Source of the DNA: Macrostomum lignano
Taxonomy: Eukaryota
Direction of reading: 5' to 3'
Length of the DNA: 64,000 nucleotides
Assembly (NCBI GenBank): GCA_002269645.1
Contig: NIVC01000201.1
Coordinates: 620,001 to 684,000, forward strand
Position 1 is the stretch's first letter; every line of letters starts with the position of its first letter. This document shows positions 1-16,198 of the stretch, piece after piece. Below the pieces are notes generated by a model. That model did no database searches. It saw only the letters and a program-made list of their open reading frames with translations, and was not told where the DNA came from. Made by a program: the position numbers and the translations under genes.

Positions 1-119
1 TGAAGTGAGTTATCTGTTTTGGCCTACGGGCTAAGGTCTGCGATCCTACACACCTGCACCCCCTCTATTCTGGTGCAGGAATGGCAGGAGAACTCTCTCC
101 AAGCTGACTCGCAAGCCGA

Positions 120-179
120 CCCAGGGGTTCACGTCCCGAATGTGTTCAAGGCAGCCCTAGGGCTGCTGGACTGACTGGG
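120..179 (+). ncRNA. Candidate HDV/CPEB3-like self-cleaving ribozyme core in LINE 5' UTR
   Basis: P2 CCCAG(120-124)/CTGGG(175-179); P3 GGG/CCC around L3 TTCACGT (128-134, same as CPEB3 L3); G144-T145 then CAA (147-149); P4 GCAGCCC/GGGCTGC (151-166); J4/2 CTGA (171-174). No perfect 5' P1 strand inside the window. Confidence 0.6.
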
Positions 180-576
180 CTCCGGCGGCGGCAACCCATC
201 CGTGGCCTTTTGGCCAAATTGGGTACGGGCTCCGCCCGGAAGTGCACCTGTGCGTATCAGGTACCTCTGGCCACGGCTCTGAGGAACAGGTACCACCCTC
301 TGACCTTAACAGGGTATGCGGCCAGTCCGCAGGCTCCGGAGGCAGTCCTCCTGCTTCCCTCAAGGGCCCAGTGTAGTACCGTGCTGTTGGTCCTTTGGTT
401 CGGCCTCTGGTTTTTCCAAGCCGGGCTCTTAGCCGGGGAGTTTCTCGGTTGCTAGCGGTCGGGCCGGTACGGGCTTAAGCCACCCCCCGGTCGCTACCTC
501 TTGGCCTGGTTGTTGGGTTTGGGGTTACGGCCCAGCGGCTTCTCACCTTCAGTCCCCACTCGCCTTTCAGCGACTC

Positions 577-2042
577 ATGGAGTATTCTTTTACCTCCGAC
601 ACGTCCGAGGCTGCTGGAGCACCAACCGAGGTTGGCACCGCGGCCCAGCCGGACATTCGCAACACCGGAACCCCCGGTGCCTCTCAATCTGCCGCTGCCG
701 CCGCTCAGGATAATACCGGAGTGGCTGGACAAGACAGCGGACCTCAGATTTCAAAAAAGAAGGCCCGTAGCATTGCTCGCTACAAAGCCTTTCTCCAGCG
801 CAAAACGGAGGAACGGAGGAATGCGAAAGCCGCCCCTCCGGCCACCTCTGAGGAGGGTGCCGGTAACTCTGCGAACCCCGCGGAGGAGCCGACATCCGAC
901 AAGGGGGTGGACCCCGCACGCCGGTCTGATGCGTCAGGTGCCGCCGAAGCTCCTGGTGCGGCTGGCCCCTCCCGTGACCGGACCTCTGCCCGTGTGGAAG
1001 CTCCCACGGCCGTGGAGGGATCCAAAGCGGGGGGCGCTGGCCAAACAACAAAGCCGAAGCGAACCTACGCGGCTATGGCCAAGAGGCAGCCGGCCCTGGT
1101 TATCCAAGGCCAGGAGACGCCTCTTACGGCCGAACAGCTCGACCTTATCTGGCGCAGGTTGGACTCCCACCTGGTCAAGATGGCCTTGAGCGGCACTACC
1201 ATTCGAGTCCAAAAGACGAAAGTCGAGGACCAAGCCCTCTATATCCAGCCCGCCGACAGCCAGTCAGGACAGCAGCTCCTTGAGCTGCTGAAAACCTTCG
1301 ACTGGGGTACGGAGCTGGAGAACCTGTTCATCTACAGGGAGGACGAGCGACCCCGGACACACCGGCACCGTGCCTGGATCCCGGCTCGCAGCTGCATCAC
1401 CAAGGCCGACGAGCTGCGTCACCTGCTAGTGGCTTCCAACCCGGAGCTACCGGCCAACGGTGTCGTAGTTCACGAGACCATCTCCAAGCCGGGCGGAGAC
1501 GGTTTCACGGCTATTCTTGGACTGTCGGACAGCTGGATGCTCCGCTACCCGGACACGTCCATCATCTCTGTCGGGCTGTTGCAGATTCAGCTCTTTAGCT
1601 TTGAGTCTGACGCCACCCGCCCACCGCCCCCGGAGAAGCGTAAGCGGGCAGTCGGGGGCTCTGCCGGGCGGAAACGCCCAGGAAAAGAAGCTCCCGGTCG
1701 TCACGACCCCTCCGAGGACGTGGACCCTGTCAGAGGGAAAGCCGCGAAAGCTGCAGCAACAGGCGGACGTGGAAAGGGCCGGAAACCCGCCCGGAACACT
1801 ATCCGCTCTGGTCTGACTCAGCGCGCGAAGCAGCTGCTGGACACCGCCAAGGCCCCCAACCGCAGCCACCCCCAGCCCAGTGTCACCACTGCGGCTCCCC
1901 CGGAAAACCGGGCCGAGAGCGAGAATGCCGCCCAGGTAGCGACATCGCCCTCGACCATGGAATCCATCCGGGAGGAGCCCATGGAGCTGGAGCCTGGAGC
2001 TATCGGCGAGGCAGAAGAGGCAGCTCTCCTGCACAACTCGCC

Positions 2043-2046
<4 letters not shown>
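577..2046 (+). CDS. LINE ORF1 (gag-like), 489 aa
   Basis: Long uninterrupted ORF upstream of the APE/RT ORF. Low-complexity ends flank a core (AWIP...L..LL..SNPEL...G...ILGL) resembling LOA-type ORF1 (DUF4780-like, by eye). Confidence 0.8.
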
Positions 2047-5789
<3,743 letters not shown>

Positions 5790-6524
5790 CTGCCCGTGGT
5801 CGCCAGGGGTTAGCGAAATGGGCGGCAACGCCTCCTCGCTGTTTCCGGACGCACGGAGCCCCCTGCAGCTAAGTCAAGTAAGTCAAGTAAGTACCAATGA
5901 GATAAATGAGCCAATCCTGTCCCTAGGCCTGAACACCATTTGGAGCTAACAATGAAGAGGGCCTTATAGTATGGATTTCAGACTATTTAACCCACTTCTT
6001 ATCGTTTGTCCTAACTCGACGAGTAATGATACGAGCTATGATTGCGCAAAAGCGATTCGCGCATCTGGGAAACTTGGAAAAGAACTCAACAAATCGAGAT
6101 CTTTAATATACTCTGTACAATTTTGCAACAAATATTGCGCAACAAATCGGTTGAATAGGGAACTGCTTATTGTCAATTCATTTCCCTAAACATATATTCC
6201 TATATTTTTCCCATAGAGATATTTTGAGCTTTGGAAAATGAGCAGCCAAACACTTTAGCACGTTTTGGTTTGCTATTATGTCACACAGTTCGCACGTTAT
6301 GTGCGAATATAGCACCTATCCCTTTGTCCAACACCCTTGGCTCCTCTTTTTGCAGCGTAGATTCCACAGATATATTTATCGAAATACCCTACACGTGTTG
6401 CATAACATGATATTGAACCATAAATTGGGAAGGTCAAATTGAGCGTTCTTTCTTATCTGTTTTGCTTGATCTGACTTCCACCTTTAGAATGTGCGAATGG
6501 TGCAAAGGCAAGATTGTTGAACCG

Positions 6525-6980
6525 TTTCGTTGAACCGACCAGCGTGCGCCGCGTCGACTTGAGCCTCGAGCGAGTCTGTCAGCGTCCAGGTAGTCTGTCA
6601 GCGTCCAGGCACGCTGGCCTGCTGCGCGCCGCCTTCAAGATCGGCAACGAGCAAGTCACCAACACGGCGCTCTATCATCGCGCCGGCCTCGCCCGTCCTA
6701 GCGATCTGCTGCGCCGTCGGTGACTCCAGCTGGCAGGCCACGTCATCCGCGCCGAGGCCTACTGTCCGGAGCCGGTGCAGGAGGTGATGCTACTTACGTT
6801 GCAGGCACCCTACCGGCGGGGACAGGCGAGGACTCGGCGCTACGTCGACTGTCTGCTGGCTGACGCCAGCGCCCCGGACTCTGCCGGCGGTGCGGCCTTT
6901 GTTCGCGCCCAAGCTTCGAAGCGCGCCATCTGACGCTGCTTTTGCGAACTGACAGCGTACTCTGTTGTTGTTGTTGTTGT
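6525..6980 (+). mobile_element. 5'-truncated RTE-like LINE fragment
   Basis: Encodes ...LYHRAGLARPSDLL..R.QLAGHVIRAE...RRGQARTRRYVD (RTE-type C-terminus); (TGT)n tail 6963-6981; TTGTTGAACCG at 6514-6524 and 6977-6987 is a probable TSD. Confidence 0.75.
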
Positions 6981-7329
6981 TGAACCGAATTTTTTTTTCT
7001 AAAAGTTAAAACTTGTGTGGATGTATTATATCTAGCTATTGAACAACTCTCATGGGACTCATTCCGTATTAGGCCTGGACTAGCCATTTAGCCCCCCTCC
7101 GGGTGGCTTCTTAGCAGTTTAGCGCTTGTCTATAAGCAGTTTTGCACAGTCGCTGAGCAAATCTCACTAATCTCCGAGAAGTTCTGCAGTAGCAAATCTC
7201 TAAGCAGTTGTACACCAATTTTACTGAGACTAAAAAGTTGTAAAAGGTTACATTTCTTAATGTTTGAAACTTTGCAATGTCAATTCATTTATAGTTCTTT
7301 TATGATTATTCGTTATTTTCAAATCCTCA

Positions 7330-8150
7330 CCAGATTAGCACTATTCTCCCACATTAGCCCTACACCCCCAGATTAGCCCCACTTCCCCCAGATTAGCACT
7401 ACTCCCCCGTATTAGCCGCACACCCCCAGATTAGCCCCACTTCCCCCAGATTAGCACTACGCCCAGATTAGTACTGCGCCCAGATTAGCACTGCGCCAAG
7501 ATTAGCACTCAGCCCAGATTAGCACTCAGCTCAGATTAGCACTCAGCCCAGATTAGCACTCAGCCTAGATTAGCACTCAGCCTAGATTAGCACTCAGCCC
7601 AGATTAGCACTCAGCTCAGATTAGCACTCAGCCCAGATTAGCACTCAGCCTAGATTAGCACTCAGCCCAGATTAGCACTCAGCCCAGATTAGCACTCAGC
7701 CTAGATTAGCACTCAGCCCAGATTAGCACTCAGCCCAGATTAGCACTCAGCCTAGATTATCACTCAGCCCAGATTAGCACTCAGCCTAGATTAGCACTCA
7801 GCCTAGATTAGCACTCAGCCCAGATTAGCACTCAGCCTATATCAGCACTCAGCCTAGATTAGCACTCAGCCCAGATTAGCACTCAGCCTAGATTAGCACT
7901 CAGCCCAGATTAGCACTCAGCCTAGATTAGCACTCAGCCCAGATTAGCACTCAGCCTAGATTAGCACTCAGCCCAGATTAGCACTACTTCTCCAGATTTG
8001 CACCACTCCGCAAAAATTCGCACCGCTACTTCCTCCAGATTAGCCCCAATCCCCCAGATTAGCCCCCCCACTCCTTTATAGTATTATAATTACTCCTTTA
8101 TATTAGCCCCACTCCCTTAGATTAGCACCGCTCCCCAGATTAGCACCACT
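7330..8150. repeat. 17-bp minisatellite (CCCAGATTAGCACTCAG), homogeneous core about 7490-7985 with degenerate flanks
   Basis: Direct tandem periodicity. Confidence 0.95.
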
Positions 8151-8514
8151 CCCAAACTGCTAAAAGGTGACTACTATTATCGCCTCAGAAGTTTAAAGTT
8201 AAACCCTCCCCAGAAATTGGCAGTTATCCCCACAACAACCCGAAATTATCCCTTCTAATTCCGCAAAACAGACTGCAGTCATACAACTCATTTGCACTCT
8301 ACAACTTTTATTATTATTATTCATTTTTCCCTCAGGGACCCAGAATTGTCCCTTCTGCAAGCTACAATTATTCACAGTTAGATATCCTCCTCAGAAGTCT
8401 GCCATTATTATCCTAGCAGTCTGCAGCTATCCCTCGGCAGTTTGCAGTTTATACGCTCAATGCCTGCATGACAATGATTATTCTCACAGGTCACAAAGAT
8501 AAATTCGCTGCTTC

Positions 8515-8600
8515 AACGCAGACTCGAACTGCCGACCTTCTGCTTAGCCTATGCCTGTTATTGCCTGTCTACAGTAACAGGCATAGCTGGGCTGCCTATT
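8515..8600 (-). mobile_element. Degenerate tRNA-derived SINE head
   Basis: Minus strand AGGCTAAGCAGAAGGTCGGCAGTTCGAGTCTGC: B-box-like and similar to the 9300-9376 copy. Confidence 0.45.
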
Positions 8601-9299
8601 GACAGATGGTCAAAAAATCCTTATACTATTCAAAAAGTTCAGCAACTTCAGCAGTTCGAAGTTAACCTTTCCCGCAGAACAGACTGCAGTAATACTCTTA
8701 GCAGCCTGCAGTTGTCCACTTAGCCGTCTACAACTTTCATGCCTGCAGTTATCCACTTTGCCGTCTACAACTTTTATTAACATCAGCAAACTACAATAAT
8801 TCACTCAGCAGTCTGCAGTTATCGCCTCAACAACTTGCACTTAATACTTCACCGTTATTATCCACTTAAGACTCTCTAAATAGTTATCCCCTCAGCAGTT
8901 TGCAGCAATACACTCATAAGTCTGGAGGAACTACGAGTACCTCAGCAATCAGTATCAGTATCAGAATCCTCAGCAAACTGCAATGATCCTTTCAACAATG
9001 TAGAAATTAGCTCAGCATTGTATGGCTTGCTAATCGATTTTCGATACATATCGGCAATCTTTTGCACCACTCAGCATTTAGCAATACCTCAGCAGTTTAG
9101 CAGCATCGTCTGCAGTTAAGTAATTTAATTAATACTTCCATAGACCTAGATAATAACAATTATTGGGATCTTAGGATTTTACAAAATAAATTATTGTAAT
9201 TAATAAAAAAATTTCAATTACAATTAATAAAAAAAATGTTCAAAATAGTCGAGGCAGAAGCTACTAATAAATGAATTTATTTAATTTTAATTATCCGCT

Positions 9300-9376
9300 G
9301 GGGAGGCGGACTCGAACCTTGGACCTTACGCCTAGCCTAAACCTAGTCCTAGTGCCTACACTGCGGCTCTTCCGCC
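9300..9376 (-). mobile_element. tRNA-derived SINE head
   Basis: Perfect B box GGTTCGAGTCC (9308-9318, minus strand), weak A box, no intact cloverleaf. Confidence 0.5.
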
Positions 9377-9544
9377 TACTGATCGGAGGGCGCAAAAATC
9401 AGCCATATATGCTTCGGCACTGCAGTCAAATACATAGCAGTGATAGGCTGCTCAGTGTGCACAGGTTGTATGCAGGCAGAGCCAATGCACAGTTGAGCGA
9501 AATCTATTAATAGCAATTGTCTATGCAGTCCGCCAGTCAGCCAG

Positions 9545-9908
9545 GGTCAGAATGTACACACGCAGCCACTGAGCATTATTTTCCTCTCCCTTATTGCAGC
9601 CAGTATTGAGGCGTGCACAGTGAACAGAGAAAAGTTGTGGCGCAATCTTAATTGGAATTGAAATTCAGTTAGTGAGATTTTGACCTTTTCTAGCCTCCCA
9701 TTGAAAGCATTAAAAAAACTCGTTTTTCGAATATTTAACCATCTTCCCATTCGAATTTTTTAAATGCAATTACACCCACACAATCTCACAAGAATTTGCA
9801 ATTGAATAAAGCAAGTTTGAAAAAAATCGGTTCAGGCATTCAGGCTGTGGACTGGAATACCGGTCAGACAGACAGACAGACAGACCTTAGAGATTTATTA
9901 GTATATTG
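9545..9908 (+). mobile_element. DINE-1/Lep1-like non-autonomous Helitron/HINE
   Basis: AAAAATCGGTTCAG...(GACA)n...TTTATTAGTATA 3' architecture typical of these elements; an inverted related copy lies at about 21550-21790. Confidence 0.5.
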
Positions 9909-10179
9909 TGATGTACGTGTGGCTTTACTAGAAATGTTAAAATAGACCAAAGCTAGGATAACTAAGAAATTGCCTAAATAGAAGACACGAGTGGCTCTCT
10001 TTTGTTTTGAAGTTTGATCTTGTATGTATTTACTAGCCAATTTTTTGGAAAATACAAGTATGGTTCATCCCATCGCTGAAAGTCAAAATAGAAACTATTT
10101 TCATAAAGCAAACTACTCGTTCATTCATCCCAAAAGAAGCATTTAGATATTAAATAATAATAAGCACTATTACAAGCAA

Positions 10180-11060
10180 ACAAGACAGTCTGAGAGCAAG
10201 ACATACTGACATCAAGACAGACTGACAGCATGACAGACTGACAGCATGACAGTATGGCAGCAAGACAGACTCACAGAAAGACAGACTGACAGCAAGACAG
10301 ACTGACAGCAAAACAGACTGACAGCAAGACAGACTGACAGCAAGACAGACTGACAGCAAGACAGACTGATAGCAAGACAGTCAAAACAGCAAGACAGTCT
10401 GACAGCAAGACAGATTGACAGCAAGACAGACTGACAGCAAGACAGACTGACAGCAAGACAGACTGATAGCAAGACAGACTGACAGCAAGACAGACTGACA
10501 GCAAGACAGACTGAAAGCAAGACAGACTGACAGCAAGACAGTCTGACAGCAAGACAGATTGACAGCAAGACAGACTGACAGCAAGACAGACTGAAAGCAA
10601 GACAGACTGACAGCAAGACAGTCTGACAGCAAGACAGATTGACAGCAAGACAGACTGACAGCAAGACAGACTGATAGCAAGACAGTATGACAGCAAGACA
10701 GTCTGACAGCAAGACAGATTGACAGCAAGACAGACTGACAGCAAGACAGACTGATAGCAAGACAGACTGACAGCAAGACAGACTGACAGCAAGACAGACT
10801 GAAAGCAAGACAGACTGACAGCGAGACAGTATGACAGCAAGACAGTCCGACAGCAAGACAGTATGACAGCAAGACAGACTGACAGCAAGACAGTCTGACA
10901 GCAAGACAGACTGACAGCAAGACAGTATGACAGCAAGACAGTCTGACAGCAAGACAGACTGACAGCAAGACAGTCTGACAGCAAAACAGACTGACAGCAA
11001 GACAGACTGACAGCAAGACAGTATAAGAGCAAAACAGACTGACAGAAATAGCCTGACAGG
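10180..11060. repeat. 16-bp minisatellite (CAAGACAGACTGACAG), GACA-derived
   Basis: Tandem periodicity; it explains the spurious LSVCLAVS ORFs. Confidence 0.95.
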
Positions 11061-11476
11061 AAACTAAATTAGTTTGCAAAAAATTATCTACGAGTAAAAT
11101 GCTTCAATAATGAACTCCATAATGTCCATAATTTAATTTCATTAAAGGCGTCCAAAAACTATGTTCTTGTAAAATCGACAAAACGTACGAAGAGTATTCC
11201 AATAATCTCACATCATCGTTATTTCAAAAGGGTTCTCTCATTAGCTGGTAGAGTGCTTCTCAAAATTATGGAGCACCTGAGGTGGATGGAAAATAATGGC
11301 TTCAATTATTGCTTCCTCAATATGACCAACTGATTTGATTGGATCCCCGCTCCTTTTATTTCTTATTGGATAGGCCACCACTTGGGCTTTGGATTTGTGC
11401 TCCTCAAATAGTGCCGCAAAAATTGTGGCTCGCATGTATTACAAATACGAGTATTCTTATACTACAAATTAGAACT

Positions 11477-13850
11477 ATGGACTTCAATATACAAATTGAA
11501 AAGCAAGTGAATTTAGAAGTTGAATTTCAGCAGCCAAATGAATCGCAAAAAGTAAGCAGCAGCGAAAATGCTACAGAGAGCCGTTGTAGAGCCTACAGAG
11601 GGCTCTCAGGCCCGTCAAAGCGCCAGCAGCGGCGACAATACTTCTGAGAGCAGCCGCTCTCAGTCCCCTGAAAGCGCCAGCAGCGGCGCAGCGAATTACG
11701 GCGCCAGCTACGGCGCCAGCTACGGAGCCAACAACGGTGGCAGCTACGGAGCCAACAACGGTGGCAGCTACGGCGCCAGCTACGGCGCCAACAGCAACAA
11801 CCAGCCGTTAATCGAACAGACATCCAGTAGCACGCCAACTTTGGCACCGATGCAAACCGGAAAGACCGACAGCCAGCCAATCCGGCGAGCGAGAGCTGCG
11901 CTGAAAGAGTCCGTAAGAGCTGGCCAGGACTACAAGTGCCCTTTCCGTACAGGATGCGTCGTGCGCAGGTCGAGGTTTGCGCAGCACGTTAAAGTGGCAG
12001 CGAGGCACCGGCCAAGGCCAGCCGTAGTCCGCTGCGCGATTCCGCAGCCTCTGGCAGCGAGGCACCGGCCAAGGCCAGCCGCCGTCCGCTGAGCGTTGAA
12101 GGAAGAAGTGAAAAGGAGTTTGGGCAGTCTCATCGTCCATCCTCCGGAGTCTAATCTCCTATGTCTCCTACTCAACTAAACTAACTTAATTAATTTGTGT
12201 GATTGCTTGTATTGTACTGAGTATGTGAGCATGCATGGTGAGAATGCAATATCGGCCGGCCGGAGCGCGTGTCGATCGCGGGCGCGGGTGAAGGCGACCC
12301 GGGGTCTGCCCCCCTGCTCAAAGGTGCGAACACCGGGAGCGGCGAAGCCAGCCAATCGGAGCCCCCGAAAAGCGGGTCGAGCAGTCCCAAACCAACGGCG
12401 ACCCCAACCTCAGCCTGCGTGCCTCCCAGCCTGCTTAACCAATGAAGAACAAGGCCCCAATGCTATAAGAATGCCAGCCCCTCCAACAGCTGGAAGACAT
12501 CAATCAGAAAAAGCAATCCTATGGATCAACTATCGGATTACAAGAACGTCAAACTGCGAAGTATGGAAGCTAAACCCAGCGTCAACCGAATCCAGTTGTG
12601 CTAAGACTCACCGCCAGAGCGTCTCGCCAGTTCGGCCTGCAGGAAGCGGCCTCGGGACGACTCCCAAGGAGACGAGGACGGGCCCGAGGCACCCGCTGCG
12701 CCCTCAGCCGTGGCCGCGTCGGTCGAGAAAGGCGCCGAGGCCGACAGTCCAGCCAGGGCTGATGGCAGCGCCGCCGACACCTCCGGAATGGCAGCAGAGT
12801 TCGCCGAAGCTGCCAGCCGCCTACGGGAGGTCCTGCCAAGCAGTCGGCGCAGCGTAGACATGGCTCTGCAGTGAGACGAGGTGGATTGGGGGCAATCAAC
12901 AGGCGAGCCCTCAGCAACGGCCATGCACCTCGTTCACTGGGTGGGGCCCGAGTCTTACTATGGCCCCCCTGCAGGCTGATGCCAGACATGACTCTGGAAC
13001 GCCAGATGAGGGACAACCTCGATCGGCCCTGCCTGCTGATTCTATCTAAGGCCGCCCTGCTCGGACTAGTAGATGGAACTCTGCTAATGTATATCGAGGC
13101 AGCGGCCCAGCATGTGTACAAACATGCTCTCAGCGATATTGTTTGGCAGGCCGCTAAATTCCTACGCCGGGTCGTGGACAAAGAACCTTCACATCTGACA
13201 GCTCGGCCGCCCTCCTGTGACCTCATAACGACCATCTTCAGCCCCGGCGAGCGGCCCATCTATAACAAGGTCGTCGTCAGCTGAGCGGCCTCCTCCCAGA
13301 TGAGCCGGCAGCTCTCACCAACGCGACGGGCTCGGCTGCTCATCGCCTTGACCAACTTGGCCAGCCGCTGGGGGATGCTGCCAGCTGATCTGCCCGGGTT
13401 TCTCTGGAGGTTCCTATGTGAGTGCGCCGAGTGGGAGGATGCCCTCATCGTCCATGACGGCGTTCTCGCAGCCTCCGCCCCGGCTGCCACGCCGCTGCTT
13501 TACGCGCCGTTCGCCACGGTGGCCTGGGCGGCCGCCCTCTCGCAGAAATTCAATCATCGCTGCGGATGGGTGCTTGCGGCGCTAGGCGATGTCGAGCCCG
13601 GCTACGCGGGCCTCGCCAAAGTGCCTCGAGGCACCATGGACAATTTCGCCATCGCACAGCCGCCCCTGTCTGCGCCGACGCTGACTCTGGGGCCCTCTCG
13701 AACGAAATCCTGCCAAGCCGCTGTCACCGCGTAGTATTAACGGCAGCGGCGGCCCAGCGCTACGTGCAAGCGTGGGTCGGTGCCGTGGCCAAAGTGGAAG
13801 CCTACGGGCCCTACCGCCTAAATCGCCACGCCAACTTCGAATGAGGCCGC
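11477..13850 (+). pseudogene. GC-rich intronless coding-like island broken by frameshifts, unknown origin
   Basis: Consecutive + strand ORF pieces (11477, 11568-12092, 12871-13284, 13300-13734, ending 13844); YGASYGANNGGS repeats; CPFRTGC...HV possible Zn-finger. No family recognised. Confidence 0.4.
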
Positions 13851-14789
13851 CACGCGTCCTGCTGAGCGGCACCCACTGGCTGGCGGGCCCGAACTGCATT
13901 TTCACCCGTCTTGCTCATGCGTGCTTTATGAATCGTATGCTATGTTGTGTGCGTGAGACTGATTTTCTAATATTTACTATTTTATAATATAATATGCATT
14001 TTAATCAGATCCGGCTGCCCTGTCTCGCCCTAGCACGCTCAATTATATTGTCCCTCCTTTGCTTTTAGTCGTCCTTTTGGAATTGAAGGCAAATAACCTG
14101 TCGTGTCAGATTATATTAGCAAGAGGGGAGTCCGAAGGTGGGAAGTCCACCTTAATTACTGCCTGTTTTACGATTTTATTATCTGTTCTCTGTTTCAACA
14201 GGTGCGCACCTATTCAGCCTTTAAAGCCTTTTTATACTTTATCATATCCTTGTGTGCAACTCTTCCAAAATCATAGCTTGTCTTGTCTTAGGATTAGGGA
14301 TTCCTTGGCCAGTGGCATTTCCAGATATAGAGGTTTCCTTGCCTAAACAAAGCGGGACAAGACAGGGACTTCTAGAGGTAGCACCACAAGTGCGTGGAAG
14401 GAGTCCATGGGGACAGACTGCCTTGGGGCGGAGTGCACTCTGCAATGTTTATAATCATTTCCTAAAACAAAACATTGTGGCAAAGTTATAACATAATAAG
14501 TATCTTGCTAAAGCTAAAAATGTGTTCTACTCGTAGTGACACCAATATTTTTCAAATATTAATTCTATAGTAATAATATACTTTGCAATGATTTGATTTT
14601 TTCTTTGTTACTGTGTATTCCAGTGAATTCACATAGCAATTACTTGTCGCTTTCAGGCACAATATACTCGTATATGTCGTTTTTTTAATAAGCAATTTTA
14701 CATTATTATTACTGAAGTAAAAAACCTTTTACATTGCAGCAAAATGGCATCACTTTTTGAATGCCCATTGTGCAGAAAAGGTGCTCCTA

Positions 14790-15270
14790 CGCGGTCCGAC
14801 GTCATCGGCAGTACTCCTGCTGCCTGCCGGTGCCTCTAGTGAGCAGCTCACCGAGCTCAATGCGCTTTTCGCCACCGAATTTGCTGCCCTGAAGAAACTG
14901 CGCGATGATCCTTCCATAGGTGGTTAGGAATGCTGACAAGGGCAACGCCATCATCGTAGCACACATTAGAGACTTCACTTTCGATTTTGAAGCCCTCGGC
15001 CAATTGGGAGACAAAAACTTCTACACCTAGATCACCACTCCCATTTTCTAGGAAACCAGAAGCCTAGTCCAATCCACTAAAAAATAACGGCTTCCTCACG
15101 GCCAGACTGCACTCTGACCTTTCTCCAATCAATCCAATCCCCGTCCCAGACAATTCTTCACCCTCCCAAAAATCCACGAGACCCCTCCTCCTGGCTCATT
15201 CCCTATCTCATCCTAAAAGGCAGACCGATCGTAAGCCAATGCTCCTCTGAGACGATTAGGTTATGCTCCT
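14790..15270 (+). mobile_element. Degenerate Penelope-like element RT fragment
   Basis: EFAALKKLRDDPSI.VRNADKGNAIIV and FFTLPKIHE...KGRPIVSQCSSE motifs, with stops and frameshifts. Confidence 0.75.
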
Positions 15271-15504
15271 CCAAGATGTCATAATATCATAATAGATTTC
15301 CCTCCAATCTACTGATTTTGCGTAACAGTGCTATTTGCTTATATTATTTGTTTATTTAATTGTCTACTAGAGTTTTTATTAATGAAAGTGCCGAAACGCG
15401 GTCGAGGAAGTCTTTCCTGTTCTACATGCGCTGTATTGGAAGCCAAGAAGCGCAGGGCGTTGGATTGGGGTGTCACAGTTAAATTAATCTAGAAATTGAA
15501 GTCG

Positions 15505-16198
15505 AAAATGTCCAAGTCAACAAAGTCCGACAACAATCTTGAGAAATTCAAAAGACTGCAGAAAGACATGGAGCAGCACTTCAATTTGTTCATGAGAATG
15601 ACATCTGAAATGCTTAAGGAGGAGCAAAAATCGGCGCAACATGAAGCAAAGCACAAGTCCCCCTCGAAGTAGTTGTAATAGAGCAACGACAGCAGCTGGA
15701 CTGGACTGGAAAGAGAGACTGAAAAGAGAAAGTGTAGAATGTGGAGAAACGGAGGATAAATTCCACTGGTGGAGGTGCGCGCAGTGGGACGGTCTTTGTC
15801 AGCGTATTAGAATGGAAGAGCTTGGAGATCTCAGGAAGGAGAACATGGTGGTGAGGTTCCTCAGGGCGACCCATCCGCAGTGGATCGCCTGAAGGGGACC
15901 TGTCCGAGGTCACACATACACTCGAAATCAGCTGGACTGCTACAAGCAGCGATTGGCCGACACTGAAGCCGAACTGGAGAGCAAGAAGAAGGAATGCCTT
16001 CCTGAAAGAACAGGACACTGCAATACTCTCCTGCGTCGAGGACACCGCTTTAAGCCAGCCATGCACCTGCGAAGCGACTTTGCAGTCAGGACGATGGCTC
16101 TGCTCAGCACCCAGACGAACTGCGGCTATGGAGCTGCAGCCCGGAGCGCCAGCGGACTGGCGAAGACAAGCGAAACTGACTATAGTATCTACCGGTAG
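15505..16198 (+). pseudogene. Decayed coiled-coil coding sequence
   Basis: MSKSTKSDNNLEKFKRLQKDMEQHF... and ...KQRLADTEAELESKKKE pieces in different frames, with stops. Confidence 0.3.

Noticed and set aside
5820-5850. GCCTCCTCGCTG resembling the HDV L3 in the LINE 3' UTR
   Set aside because: No compatible P1, P2 or P3 pairing; probably coincidental or a simple 3' stem-loop.
10150-11079. Long Leu/Ser/Cys/Val-rich ORFs
   Set aside because: Translations of a 16-bp minisatellite; the same applies to the ORFs over the 24-26, 28.5, 29.3, 40.5-41.2, 43.5-44.1, 44.7-45.3, 47.6, 49 and 52.8-54.3 kb arrays.
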